Translations under genes and position numbers: made by a program
DNA from: Monocercomonoides exilis PA203
Taxonomy: Eukaryota; Protista; Preaxostyla
DNA length: 64,000 bases
Assembly: GCA_001643675.2 (NCBI GenBank)
Contig: LSRY02000023.1
Location: 868,001 to 932,000 of the forward strand
Direction of reading: 5' to 3'
Shown: piece after piece, positions 27,855-37,534 of the stretch
How positions within the stretch are numbered: position 1 is the stretch's first letter
How the letters are laid out: each line of letters begins with the position of its first letter
Notes under the pieces: generated by a model
Seen by the model: only the letters and a program-made list of their open reading frames with translations
Told to the model about the DNA's origin: nothing
The model's database searches: none

Positions 27855-30800
27855 TCAATTGCACTTGCAAATTACCGAAGGCTTTCTGCAGGACATCAAT
27901 TTATTCTCCTTTTCGTTATCTTCAGATTCATCAAAATCTATCGTATCTGAAATCGTCATGATTACTGCTCCAGGAGGGAATTGTTGAATTAATTCCTTCT
28001 TAATGTTCATCAGACTCATCCTTTCATTCACTTCCCCTTGCCAACACTTACATATCGCTTCTTTTAATGAGCACTCACCCAAACCTTGATGAGTTGGCCT
28101 TTCTCCATTCAATATCTTCTTCCCCGCCATTTCTGCCTCATACTCCCCAAACGGGATCTGCAGCGTCAGACACTCCCACAGCATCATTCCAATCGAAAAC
28201 ACCACCGACTCCTTTGTTGCTCCAATCTTCTTGTTCATCAGCAACTCGGGCGCCTTCCACCGCAAACACTCATATCGGTTGTCTTCCTCATCCTCAAACG
28301 CCGATGAGGGCAGAGAGTCACTTTCATCATCATCATCATCACTGGCAGATGTCACAACTGTTGATAAAGAGATGGATGAGGAATCAGAATCATCAGAGGA
28401 GCAGTCAGAATGCATGGCAATCGCAATCACCATATGTTCTGAAAACAACACAATGTGAGGACTCAGATTGGAAAGTGATGAAAGAGTATTTTCCATTTCG
28501 TCAAATGAATGGAGAGCTCCATTCGCCACCCAGAACAGGATTTGAGCAGCTGTCTGCTCTCTTTGCTGAAGACTCCCAATCGCCATCTCTTTCTTCTCAT
28601 TCCTCCCATGCAACAACATGAACAGAGAATCCCTCAAGTCAACAATCAGCTTTTCATGTGGAGACGAGCATGCCATGGCATCCACAAGATTCGACATCGA
28701 TGAGGTGGTTGGACACAGATCCTCTCCCCGAACAAAAGTGGAATCCGAATCAGTTGTGTCCGTTGTTGAAGTGGATGAAATGGAAGGTGAAGGCGATCTC
28801 TTTCTTGCTTCTTCCTCCTCCTCCTTCCCATCCACTTTCTCCAGCATCCACTCAGGAATATTGTCTGAATCTCTCCCCAGAATATATTCTGTTGAGCCAC
28901 TCTCAGACAGAAGATGCTCAGATGACTCAGAGTGTCCCAAGCTTTTCGCATACACCCTCTTCTTAATCTTCTCCTCATTCTTCTTCTCTGCCTCTCTTTC
29001 GGCTCTTCGCCACTGTTCCTCAGGCGACATCTCCATCGTCATCATCTCAATCAGCTTCGGATCCTTTTTGATATTGTCTTCCACAATTATCTCCAATTCT
29101 TTTGTTCTTCTCTTTTGTTTTCTCCATCTTATTGTTACAATAATTGAAACAATCAGAACAATCAGCAGAATTACAACAAGCACAATCACAATCAACAACC
29201 AATAAGATTTTCCTTCTTTTCCGCCTTCAACAATCCTTTCATTCCCATTTGTTTTTGCTTCGCTGGCATTCTTCAGAATGAATAAATTTGTTGATGAAGA
29301 AGATTCTTCATTCCCAAATAAAATGCAAGCACTCACCTCGATTTCATCTCCACAACTGCTTATGAGATGTTTTCCCACACTTCCTTCAACTTCTCTTTCT
29401 GATAGAAATCCATTTAAGTCAAAATCATAATGTTCAATCTCTATCTCATCTCCCTTCCTCTTCACAACTGAGAATGACAGGTTGCATGGAACAAGAAGCA
29501 ATCCTTTGAATGTCATCTTCATTCTATTCGCCTCTTCTTTTGCTTCCGCACTCTCCAGAACAGGAATGAAAAATGATGAATCCCTTTCTGAAACAATCCC
29601 TTCAAAACTGCACCCTTCATTCAACATCCAAAGTGATGTATTATCCTTCCATCCATCTCCTCCTTTCAAACTCATCACAATCAATGTTCCTGAATCTGAA
29701 CAGATGATATTCCTTCTCAGTGATGTGTAACCTTCAATTGATGGATTGTTGTTCTCAAATCTTCCATCATTAACAGTCAATTCCCCTCCACTCATCGTAA
29801 TTCCACCATCTGGTGAATTCGACAATGTTGTATCTTTCATCACCACAGAACTCTTGGTGATATCCGCGAGAGATCCATCCCATTTGCATATCTCTTCTTC
29901 TGTATTTGTATTCTTCTCATTTCTCTCATTTGAACTTCCATCAAAAATGCAACTGTCCATTTTCACTTCTGTGCAATCCTCCAATTTCATCAATTTCCCT
30001 TTTGAAGTCTTTGAACCGATTCCACCCATTGTGCAATTTTCCAACTGCATCGTCTTTTTCATTGAGGAACAAGATATTAATGATTCTTCATTTCCTTCAA
30101 CTGAGACATTTTCTGCATTGAAATCCTTGATTGTCAATTGTCCACATTCATTAATATCTATCAGAGATTTTGAAACTGTTGAATCACAAATCGTTAATGA
30201 ATCAATAATTGATGGAGAAGTCGATGAAAGATATATTGAAGATTTATGAAGAATGAGATTTGATAAAGAGCATCCGTCAAGTTGTAATTCTCCTTTTTCC
30301 ATATTCATTATGTGAAATGGAATGCTTGCAAATTCATTTCCTTCTTCATTAGATTGTTTTGTTGTGAATGAGCAATTCATCATTTCAATAATTCCTCCCT
30401 CAGGTGAGATTAGTGATTCATGTGAAGATATGAAATCTGAATCAAACACAAAGTTCACTCTCATCAACGAGACTGTTCCGGCTGTTGTTACCAATGCATC
30501 CTTTCTTTTTTCAATCTCTGATTTTACTTCAACTTCACACATTTCTCTGCTCTTCGAACTCAAACTCATTTCCTTCAGATCAATTTCTCCTCCTATCACA
30601 CTTTCTTCAACAACAAATATCAGACTCAGAATATCTGAGGTCAAATGAGCAAGGCCATAATCAATTGAAAAGCATGGAAGAACATTTGTTCCACATTTCT
30701 TTTCATTCGATCCACTTATACTGCTCACAATGATTGTGTCGCTCTGATGAAAAGTTACAAATTCAATCAGATTTGTATCACTTTTATAATCACACCTATC

Positions 30801-33800
30801 AATTCCATATATCGCATTAATTCGTGAATAATGATTCTCTCGAAGATCAAACTGAAACTGACTTTCATTAATCTGAGAAGAAATGTTGAAGCATTCAATG
30901 AAAATGTCATTTCCCACACTGGCTGTATTGTTGTTGAATTTCATTCCTATAAATGTGAAATTCAAAAACCCTGTTTCCTTTGTTGTCATATACACTCCTC
31001 CTCCTTTTCCTGAACTTAGGCTGCAGCTGCAATGGCTGATTGTTGAGTCAATCATCTTCAATGATCCAGATGCACCCAATGTGAAGAATATTGCCCCTCC
31101 TTTTTCACTCATTTCTGCTTTGTCTTCTGTGATGTTGCTCGAATTCACAACCAAACAAATCCTTTTCTCACTCTTTGATTCCAAAATGCTTGCTCCATTG
31201 TCACTTCTCTTCACTCCTGAAAATGATGATTTCTCAATTTGAAGATTTATTTTCTCATTTTTGTTTTTCAATTTTGATCCTGGCTCAGATTTCTTGATTG
31301 ACAAAATGCAACCTCCACTTTCATTCAACGACTCCACTCGAACATTCACCAAACGGCAAGAAACTCCAGAATCGTGAATGGTATATATACTGTTTCCAAC
31401 ATTGCATGATTCCATCGACAAACCATTCACTTCCACACTGCCTCCAGCTGCATCCACAAATACACAATCAAATCCGTTGTTCACTCCCGCTTCTGAATGG
31501 AATGAACATCCAGTTATCACCAAATCTCCTCCTCTGTTTGAAATGATTGTTTTGGCTGAGTTGTCAAATCCAGATGTCAGTTGAAGTTTCATATTCGTCA
31601 ATTCAAGATGAATATCATTCACCATGAAATATTCCAGTTGACTTCCAATTGACTTTTCAAAATTCAATTTGGCTTTTGTTTCTTCCTCTCCCATCTTTAC
31701 ACTTTTTTTGATCCAATAATTGGACACATTGAATGAATCTCGAATTATTGTTGATCCTTCAATCTGAATTGTTTTCATTCCACTTTCCTTTTTCATGTTT
31801 TTCATCCCTTTCCATATCGTTTTGCATGGTTCTTCCTCACTTCCGCATCTTGCAACATCAAATCCTTTTGATGAAATGAATATCTCAAATGAGCTGAATG
31901 GAACGAGGAACATGAATAAATCTTTGTTTGAATGATAGCTATCACTCCCAACAAACAGAGTTTTATCATTGACTATTGATGAATAATCAAAGTTTAATGA
32001 ATCATTTGTCACACTCTTGTTCAGATCAGTTGCCAAAATGAACATGTTCTTCCCATACTCTGCCTCATTTCTCTCAAATACAAGAGTATCTGACAATTCA
32101 AACTTTGCACCTGCTTCAGCCAGAGTGAGAAACATTCCTCCTCCACATCCACTGCATTTGCTCTGTTTAAATGTTGTTGTCCCTCCACTGAGCGATGTTG
32201 AATCTCCAATAAGAACCTTGCTCGATGCTCCCTCCAACTCAACCTTTATCCCTCCTCCGTTCCCATTCGCACACTCACACCCTTCCATTGTTGTGTTCCA
32301 AACCACAAATGTCTCTCCTGCCTTTACGCTCTTTGACATCGCAACCCCATCTCCTCCTGTTCGATTCACATTTCGAATTGTCAAATTCCCCAGCACACTC
32401 TCTCCTGATGATGATCCTGCTGATGATGGTTCGGCGAAAAGAGGCTGTGATATTTTTATATTTCTGATCTCCACATCAATCGTCTTCAGCTGCCTTAGCG
32501 CAACTTCAAACACACACTTCGTCATTCCACTCCCTCCTGATGTTGAAGAGTCGATCACAACATCCTCCAGTGAAAGTGTCCCGCTTCCCAGTGACACCAC
32601 AAACACACTCGGCGATGAGCTTCTTGTCGCGTTGTGATCGATCCCTACATGCCCCACTTCCAGTTGACCAGAAGATAAGCTGAACAGCGTTGGAGAAGAA
32701 GTCGAAAGCGCACTCGTCCCAATCACGCTCACTGTCTTCCCTTTCCCAACAACAGAAATCTTCTTTTCCCCAACACCGATCGTCGCCCCTTCGCTCACAT
32801 GCTTCCCACCCAGCACTGAAATTGAGGAAAATAATTGCTGACTGCTCATGTTAACTGCAAATCCAATTGTCTTACATGTTGTTGACTCATTCGTAATACA
32901 CCACTCATTCGAGTCATCTCCATTTATATCTACGTATCGATCCTTCATCCCATCACTCAGCCACCATTTCTTTTCTGCTTCCTGAAAATACCAATTTCCT
33001 GATTGTAAATATTCATAGCACACTCTCCTATCATTGCTATTCGTTGAATATGATTCGTAGAACGGATTATTTGAAGAGAAGAGATTGTAATAATCTTGAA
33101 AATACACATCTTGTCCATGAGGAATGGAACTGATGCAACTGCAATCATAGAAGAAGAAGTAATAGCAATAAATGTTGTTGCTTGGAGCTATTTGTTGTTT
33201 TGACCTAAAATCTATTCCTCCGCCAGTGGATTTCGCTGAGCACGAAATGAACTGAATGCTTCTCATTTTGAATGCAGCCGGAACATTTTGACAAAACATC
33301 CCTCCGCCACAATTACTTGTAAGAGAACACGAAGTGAATGAGCACTCAAACACACAAGCACTCTCACCTTTTCCACTTTCTGTTCCAATGCATGTAGATC
33401 CAGAAATATTAAAGTTATCCAGATAAAGTCCTCCTCCTATTCTATCTGCTTTGCATTTCTGAAATTCGCAACCGCTGATCCTGACACATGAAGTTATATC
33501 ATAAGCACACATCCCTCCTCCATAATTATTTTTTGCAGTACATGCATTGAATGAGTTGTTCTCAATCTTGATGGAATTTATTGAAACACACATAATTCCT
33601 CCACCATCCCAATAAGCACAGCAGTCATTGAAAGAACAATATTTCACTAAAAGAGTTCCAGATCCCAGATTATGCATGCAGATGGCCCCTCCGCTCGATT
33701 TTCCATCTGAAGCAGAATCGCTTTCTCCAGTTGTCCTCGATCCGTTCCACTCGCACCAAGTGAATGAGTTTGCTCCTTTATCTGTTGTATTTTGTCTCCC

Positions 33801-34859
33801 TGGAGTCAACTTTCCATCTGCTTTTCCTTCACATACAACATTTCTTGTTCGACAACATCCGATGAATGATGTGTTTGAGGCAGAAAAAGATGCCAAGGGG
33901 TTGTTGAGAGAAGGGACAATTCCTCCATCATATGCATCACAGACTGATGAGAATGAGCAGCTGAATATAAAACATGAGGTTTGTGTTGACATTGTGGTTG
34001 AAGGTGAACATGCATCATTTGCTGTTGAGATGTTGAAAAATGTCAAATGAGAGATGGAAATAAGTGGAATGGAAGGTGATGAAAGGAATGGGGCAGAAGA
34101 CACACAAAATGATGAGAAATGAGAAGAACAAACAGAAACATGGCATTTCTCTGAAATCTCTCCTTCCACTGCTTTTGAAAAAAAAAGTGGTGGAAATATC
34201 TGTTCAGTCGAGGTTGAGGTTGAAGACGATCTGAGGGAAATGTTGGTGAATAATCCGTAACTCTCACAAAAATCGAATGGTGGCGTCTCTTTCTCAATTC
34301 CAACAACACATCCAATCAACTCAACAAAACACACCTCTTCTGCCTTGATTACGCTTTCCCCACCTTTATCCATCAATCCCAATGAATTCAGTCTCATTGA
34401 TGAATTGACCACAACAACACTTCCCTCAACCCTACTCCCGCCACACACACCCTCCTTTCCCCACATTTTGCACTCATCACAAAAACCCCATTTTTCAACT
34501 TTCCCAATCTCTCCACTTCTCCCATTCCATTGTTTTGTGCATTTCTTCATTATTCTCTCTTCTTTCCAGATTTTTCCCATTTCACCTTCTTTTTCTTCAA
34601 TATATGTGTCAAACAAATGGCCAACTCCAATTTTGTTGTTTTGAGCCTTCTCTCGCCATGTGCCTTCAGGATAATCCAATTCTCCTTCTTTCGCTGATTT
34701 CTCTCCAAATCCTGCCCCATCACTTGTAGCAACATTGCACACACTCCCCACACTAATTATCCACACGCAATAAAATATTCCTGACGGTGACATAACCAGG
34801 CCTTTCCAACTGTTTAATTTTCTTTTTTCTATCACAAACAAATATGGGCACATCAACAA
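27855..34859 (-). CDS. Paralogous giant single-pass receptor-like pseudokinase (~2310-2330 aa; likely start ATG 34853 or 34793)
   Basis: Same architecture as 1101-9182: GGA/GGG and CGxxxxPC ectodomain repeats, TM YWLLIVIVLVVILLIVLIVSIIVTI-RWRK, near-identical cytoplasmic tail with LRWKAPELL and SVVFSIGMMLWECLT. Confidence 0.88.
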   Translation of the reverse strand: MLMCPYLFVIEKRKLNSWKGLVMSPSGIFYCVWIISVGSVCNVATSDGAGFGEKSAKEGELDYPEGTWREKAQNNKIGVGHLFDTYIEEKEGEMGKIWKEERIMKKCTKQWNGRSGEIGKVEKWGFCDECKMWGKEGVCGGSRVEGSVVVVNSSMRLNSLGLMDKGGESVIKAEEVCFVELIGCVVGIEKETPPFDFCESYGLFTNISLRSSSTSTSTEQIFPPLFFSKAVEGEISEKCHVSVCSSHFSSFCVSSAPFLSSPSIPLISISHLTFFNISTANDACSPSTTMSTQTSCFIFSCSFSSVCDAYDGGIVPSLNNPLASFSASNTSFIGCCRTRNVVCEGKADGKLTPGRQNTTDKGANSFTWCEWNGSRTTGESDSASDGKSSGGAICMHNLGSGTLLVKYCSFNDCCAYWDGGGIMCVSINSIKIENNSFNACTAKNNYGGGMCAYDITSCVRISGCEFQKCKADRIGGGLYLDNFNISGSTCIGTESGKGESACVFECSFTSCSLTSNCGGGMFCQNVPAAFKMRSIQFISCSAKSTGGGIDFRSKQQIAPSNNIYCYYFFFYDCSCISSIPHGQDVYFQDYYNLFSSNNPFYESYSTNSNDRRVCYEYLQSGNWYFQEAEKKWWLSDGMKDRYVDINGDDSNEWCITNESTTCKTIGFAVNMSSQQLFSSISVLGGKHVSEGATIGVGEKKISVVGKGKTVSVIGTSALSTSSPTLFSLSSGQLEVGHVGIDHNATRSSSPSVFVVSLGSGTLSLEDVVIDSSTSGGSGMTKCVFEVALRQLKTIDVEIRNIKISQPLFAEPSSAGSSSGESVLGNLTIRNVNRTGGDGVAMSKSVKAGETFVVWNTTMEGCECANGNGGGIKVELEGASSKVLIGDSTSLSGGTTTFKQSKCSGCGGGMFLTLAEAGAKFELSDTLVFERNEAEYGKNMFILATDLNKSVTNDSLNFDYSSIVNDKTLFVGSDSYHSNKDLFMFLVPFSSFEIFISSKGFDVARCGSEEEPCKTIWKGMKNMKKESGMKTIQIEGSTIIRDSFNVSNYWIKKSVKMGEEETKAKLNFEKSIGSQLEYFMVNDIHLELTNMKLQLTSGFDNSAKTIISNRGGDLVITGCSFHSEAGVNNGFDCVFVDAAGGSVEVNGLSMESCNVGNSIYTIHDSGVSCRLVNVRVESLNESGGCILSIKKSEPGSKLKNKNEKINLQIEKSSFSGVKRSDNGASILESKSEKRICLVVNSSNITEDKAEMSEKGGAIFFTLGASGSLKMIDSTISHCSCSLSSGKGGGVYMTTKETGFLNFTFIGMKFNNNTASVGNDIFIECFNISSQINESQFQFDLRENHYSRINAIYGIDRCDYKSDTNLIEFVTFHQSDTIIVSSISGSNEKKCGTNVLPCFSIDYGLAHLTSDILSLIFVVEESVIGGEIDLKEMSLSSKSREMCEVEVKSEIEKRKDALVTTAGTVSLMRVNFVFDSDFISSHESLISPEGGIIEMMNCSFTTKQSNEEGNEFASIPFHIMNMEKGELQLDGCSLSNLILHKSSIYLSSTSPSIIDSLTICDSTVSKSLIDINECGQLTIKDFNAENVSVEGNEESLISCSSMKKTMQLENCTMGGIGSKTSKGKLMKLEDCTEVKMDSCIFDGSSNERNEKNTNTEEEICKWDGSLADITKSSVVMKDTTLSNSPDGGITMSGGELTVNDGRFENNNPSIEGYTSLRRNIICSDSGTLIVMSLKGGDGWKDNTSLWMLNEGCSFEGIVSERDSSFFIPVLESAEAKEEANRMKMTFKGLLLVPCNLSFSVVKRKGDEIEIEHYDFDLNGFLSEREVEGSVGKHLISSCGDEIEVSACILFGNEESSSSTNLFILKNASEAKTNGNERIVEGGKEGKSYWLLIVIVLVVILLIVLIVSIIVTIRWRKQKRRTKELEIIVEDNIKKDPKLIEMMTMEMSPEEQWRRAEREAEKKNEEKIKKRVYAKSLGHSESSEHLLSESGSTEYILGRDSDNIPEWMLEKVDGKEEEEEARKRSPSPSISSTSTTDTTDSDSTFVRGEDLCPTTSSMSNLVDAMACSSPHEKLIVDLRDSLFMLLHGRNEKKEMAIGSLQQREQTAAQILFWVANGALHSFDEMENTLSSLSNLSPHIVLFSEHMVIAIAMHSDCSSDDSDSSSISLSTVVTSASDDDDDESDSLPSSAFEDEEDNRYECLRWKAPELLMNKKIGATKESVVFSIGMMLWECLTLQIPFGEYEAEMAGKKILNGERPTHQGLGECSLKEAICKCWQGEVNERMSLMNIKKELIQQFPPGAVIMTISDTIDFDESEDNEKENKLMSCRKPSVICKCN

Positions 34860-36584
34860 AAAAATAACATTAATCTTAGATTGTATATTATTTTTTTTAA
34901 TGAAAAAAACATTCTTCTTTGTTGTTTATCTCTTTCCATTTTTTGATCTGATGAATAATAGAGAATGATTAATCCATTTGTGTTGATGTTCTGATATTTC
35001 AGCCGTCACTTTCCATCCAGTGATATCCACCTCTGAGATGGAATAACATTTTATTTTGATCATATAATTTTGTTGGCTGAATTTTCATGAGAAAAGGCAA
35101 TTGGGAAAGAAATGAGAATTGTGAAGATTGATGAAACTGATGAATGGAAGTGGTATGAGTGCTGAAAGTTTTGCGGTTTTGCACCACATATAAATGTATG
35201 TCTTTTGGTGTATTTTTTGTGCATTTTTATTTGAAGTGATTTTCGATATATTGAAAGAAATGATTGTTTTTGCTTCGATTGGCTGAAATGCGCACTTTTC
35301 GCAAAAGGGATGTGATGCATGGAACAAGGTTATTTGAGCATTTGGTTAAGGTTTTTGATGTGTTTTTCTTGAAGAAAGAGCTGGGATTTCAGTTCAAGAG
35401 AAAGAGGCCGAGTGGTGAAATGAGTGAAATTGAGTGTTTTTAATTGATGCAAAGAGGATGCAAGGAAAAGATACAATTTGCAAATTGTGTGCTGCAAACT
35501 CTGTTTAATTCAAGTCTTTTCACGAAAATACTTTTATTTTTAGCTTTTTATTTTCTCATGCGGCAGTGTTATTGAAGCTATTCAAGAAATTCCTGACAGA
35601 TTCTGTTTGTTGGGAGAATTTCTTTTTGGAGAAAGGGATTGAAAAGGAAAAAAAACAGACAGCCTCAATGATTGTGAAAGCAAAGAATGGAGAAGATATC
35701 ATTGAAACAATTCTTTCGAACTTTTTTGGATCATCGTTCATCAGCATCTTGAAAGAGAAAAGAAAAGAAAAGAAATGGATTAATGCTTTGTCATTAACAT
35801 TTTCTCAGAGGTGCAAAGTGATGATTGAAAGGAAAAGTATTTTATCCTCACCTTCTTCTTCAAGTCATTATTCTTCAAACTTGCCTCAAACTTTATCCTC
35901 CTCGTTCTTGCTCAATCCTCATCATTTTTATTAGCAGCATCACATATTATTCAAACGATGTTTATCATGTTTATCAAAGAAAATCCAAGTAATTCTTTTT
36001 ATGATCGAGTGTGAAAATGAAAAAGGAAATTGAAATGATCTTCTCCTCCTCCTCCTCCTGTTTTTTTGAGTCATTCTCATCATCATCTCCATTCGCATGA
36101 ATGGTAAGGATGGAGAACAAATTGGAGGAGCAGACAAAAATGATTTTGATTTTTCTGGTTGGGCAGAGAAAAGAATTGGATGATGATACAAGAATTAGAT
36201 TCCTATCTCCTTTGTTCCAATTACTGAATTCATTTTTCTTACAACTTCAAATTTCAACTTTGAAATTGGAAAATCTCTCTTATTTTCTTTTTTTATTTTC
36301 AAAAAGAATACACTAAATTATTATTTGTTTGTTTGTTTTTCGATTTCCCTTCATATTTTGAAAATAAAATTCATATTATCAATGAAAAAATGTTGTTTCT
36401 GATAAATTAATTGTGATTAAAAGCAAAGCTTATAGCTTTATTCCTTTTCTTCTGTGATTTTATTTTTGAAACAATAGATGAAATTCAAATAAGAAATTTC
36501 AATTTAAATAACTTCATTTTATTCGAATAAAATATAAGTTTATTTGAATAAGACACACTTTATGCAAATGAACTCACTTCATTT

Positions 36585-36697
36585 AATCAAAGCGCAAGCA
36601 CTTTGATTTAAAAGAAAACATTCTCTCACTTCCTTCTCTTCTATTTACGAGAGAGATCATCACTTAAGGGTCAGTCACGATCACTGATCTAAAAATG
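36585..36697 (+). repeat. DIRS left ITR, beginning with a terminal hairpin (aatcaaagcgcaagcactttgatt, 36585-36608)
   Basis: 36624-36678 is the exact reverse complement of 41218-41272; 36585-36655 is the exact reverse complement of ICR 40925-40995. Confidence 0.93.
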
Positions 36698-37534
36698 ATG
36701 ATCCCTAACAATCCTCTGGGAACAGGACTTGCGGCCGAACCGAGCGCAGCTGCGCTGCCTGGTGGTCCAACAAGCGGGTTTCCGACATTTCCCGGACCCT
36801 TTTCCGCTTCCCAACCTTCTTCTATTTCATCCTCACTCTCCCCACCTTCTACCACCCTTGGCGAAGAAAAAGAAGAAGAAATTACACTGGAAAATTCGTT
36901 TCTTAAAATATTTGGTAGAGCACCGGAATTATCGTTATATGATCTTCCATTACCGGAACAGGAGATAAATGACTTGGTTGCTTCGTTGAAGACAGAAGAC
37001 TTATCCCCTTTCCTCCCTAATGCGCCTCCACCTTTTGTAAGGACTACCAGTCCGTACAAAGACGCCTTAGATCAAGCAGGAGAAAGATGTGAGACGTTTC
37101 TTTACCCCGCAATGAAACTTATTTTATTTGCCCATACGAAAACAAAAGATGATGAAGCTCAGAGTGCCGTAGCGCAAGCATGTTTACTGCTTGCACAAGC
37201 CTTGAAAGAAGCCAGAAACGCTCGCATCCAAGCGAGATTTGGATTTACCGAAGCAGCGAGAATGAAAGAGGATTCAGCATCACCGCTCCTAACGAAAAGG
37301 CAAAGTGATTTATTGGAAGAGGTCAGGAAAACCTCACAATCAACAGCGAAAAGATGGACTTCGTTCTCATTTAATTCCAAATCCTTTGGCAAAAGCAGAT
37401 ATGGAAAACATGAAAGCTACCAACGCCCTCGGTTTTTTCGTTCGGGTCCCCGGTCGTGGGCAGGGAGAAAAACCTCAAATACATACCGCAGAAGTCCTTC
37501 TCAAACGCGATCCAGGGGAACGGGAACCAACTAA
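36695..37534 (+). CDS. DIRS ORF1, gag-like protein (279 aa)
   Basis: First ORF, starting at the ITR boundary; Pro/Ser-rich N-terminus, helical core, Arg/Ser-rich basic C-terminus. Assignment is mainly positional. Confidence 0.8.
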   Translation: MMIPNNPLGTGLAAEPSAAALPGGPTSGFPTFPGPFSASQPSSISSSLSPPSTTLGEEKEEEITLENSFLKIFGRAPELSLYDLPLPEQEINDLVASLKTEDLSPFLPNAPPPFVRTTSPYKDALDQAGERCETFLYPAMKLILFAHTKTKDDEAQSAVAQACLLLAQALKEARNARIQARFGFTEAARMKEDSASPLLTKRQSDLLEEVRKTSQSTAKRWTSFSFNSKSFGKSRYGKHESYQRPRFFRSGPRSWAGRKTSNTYRRSPSQTRSRGTGTN

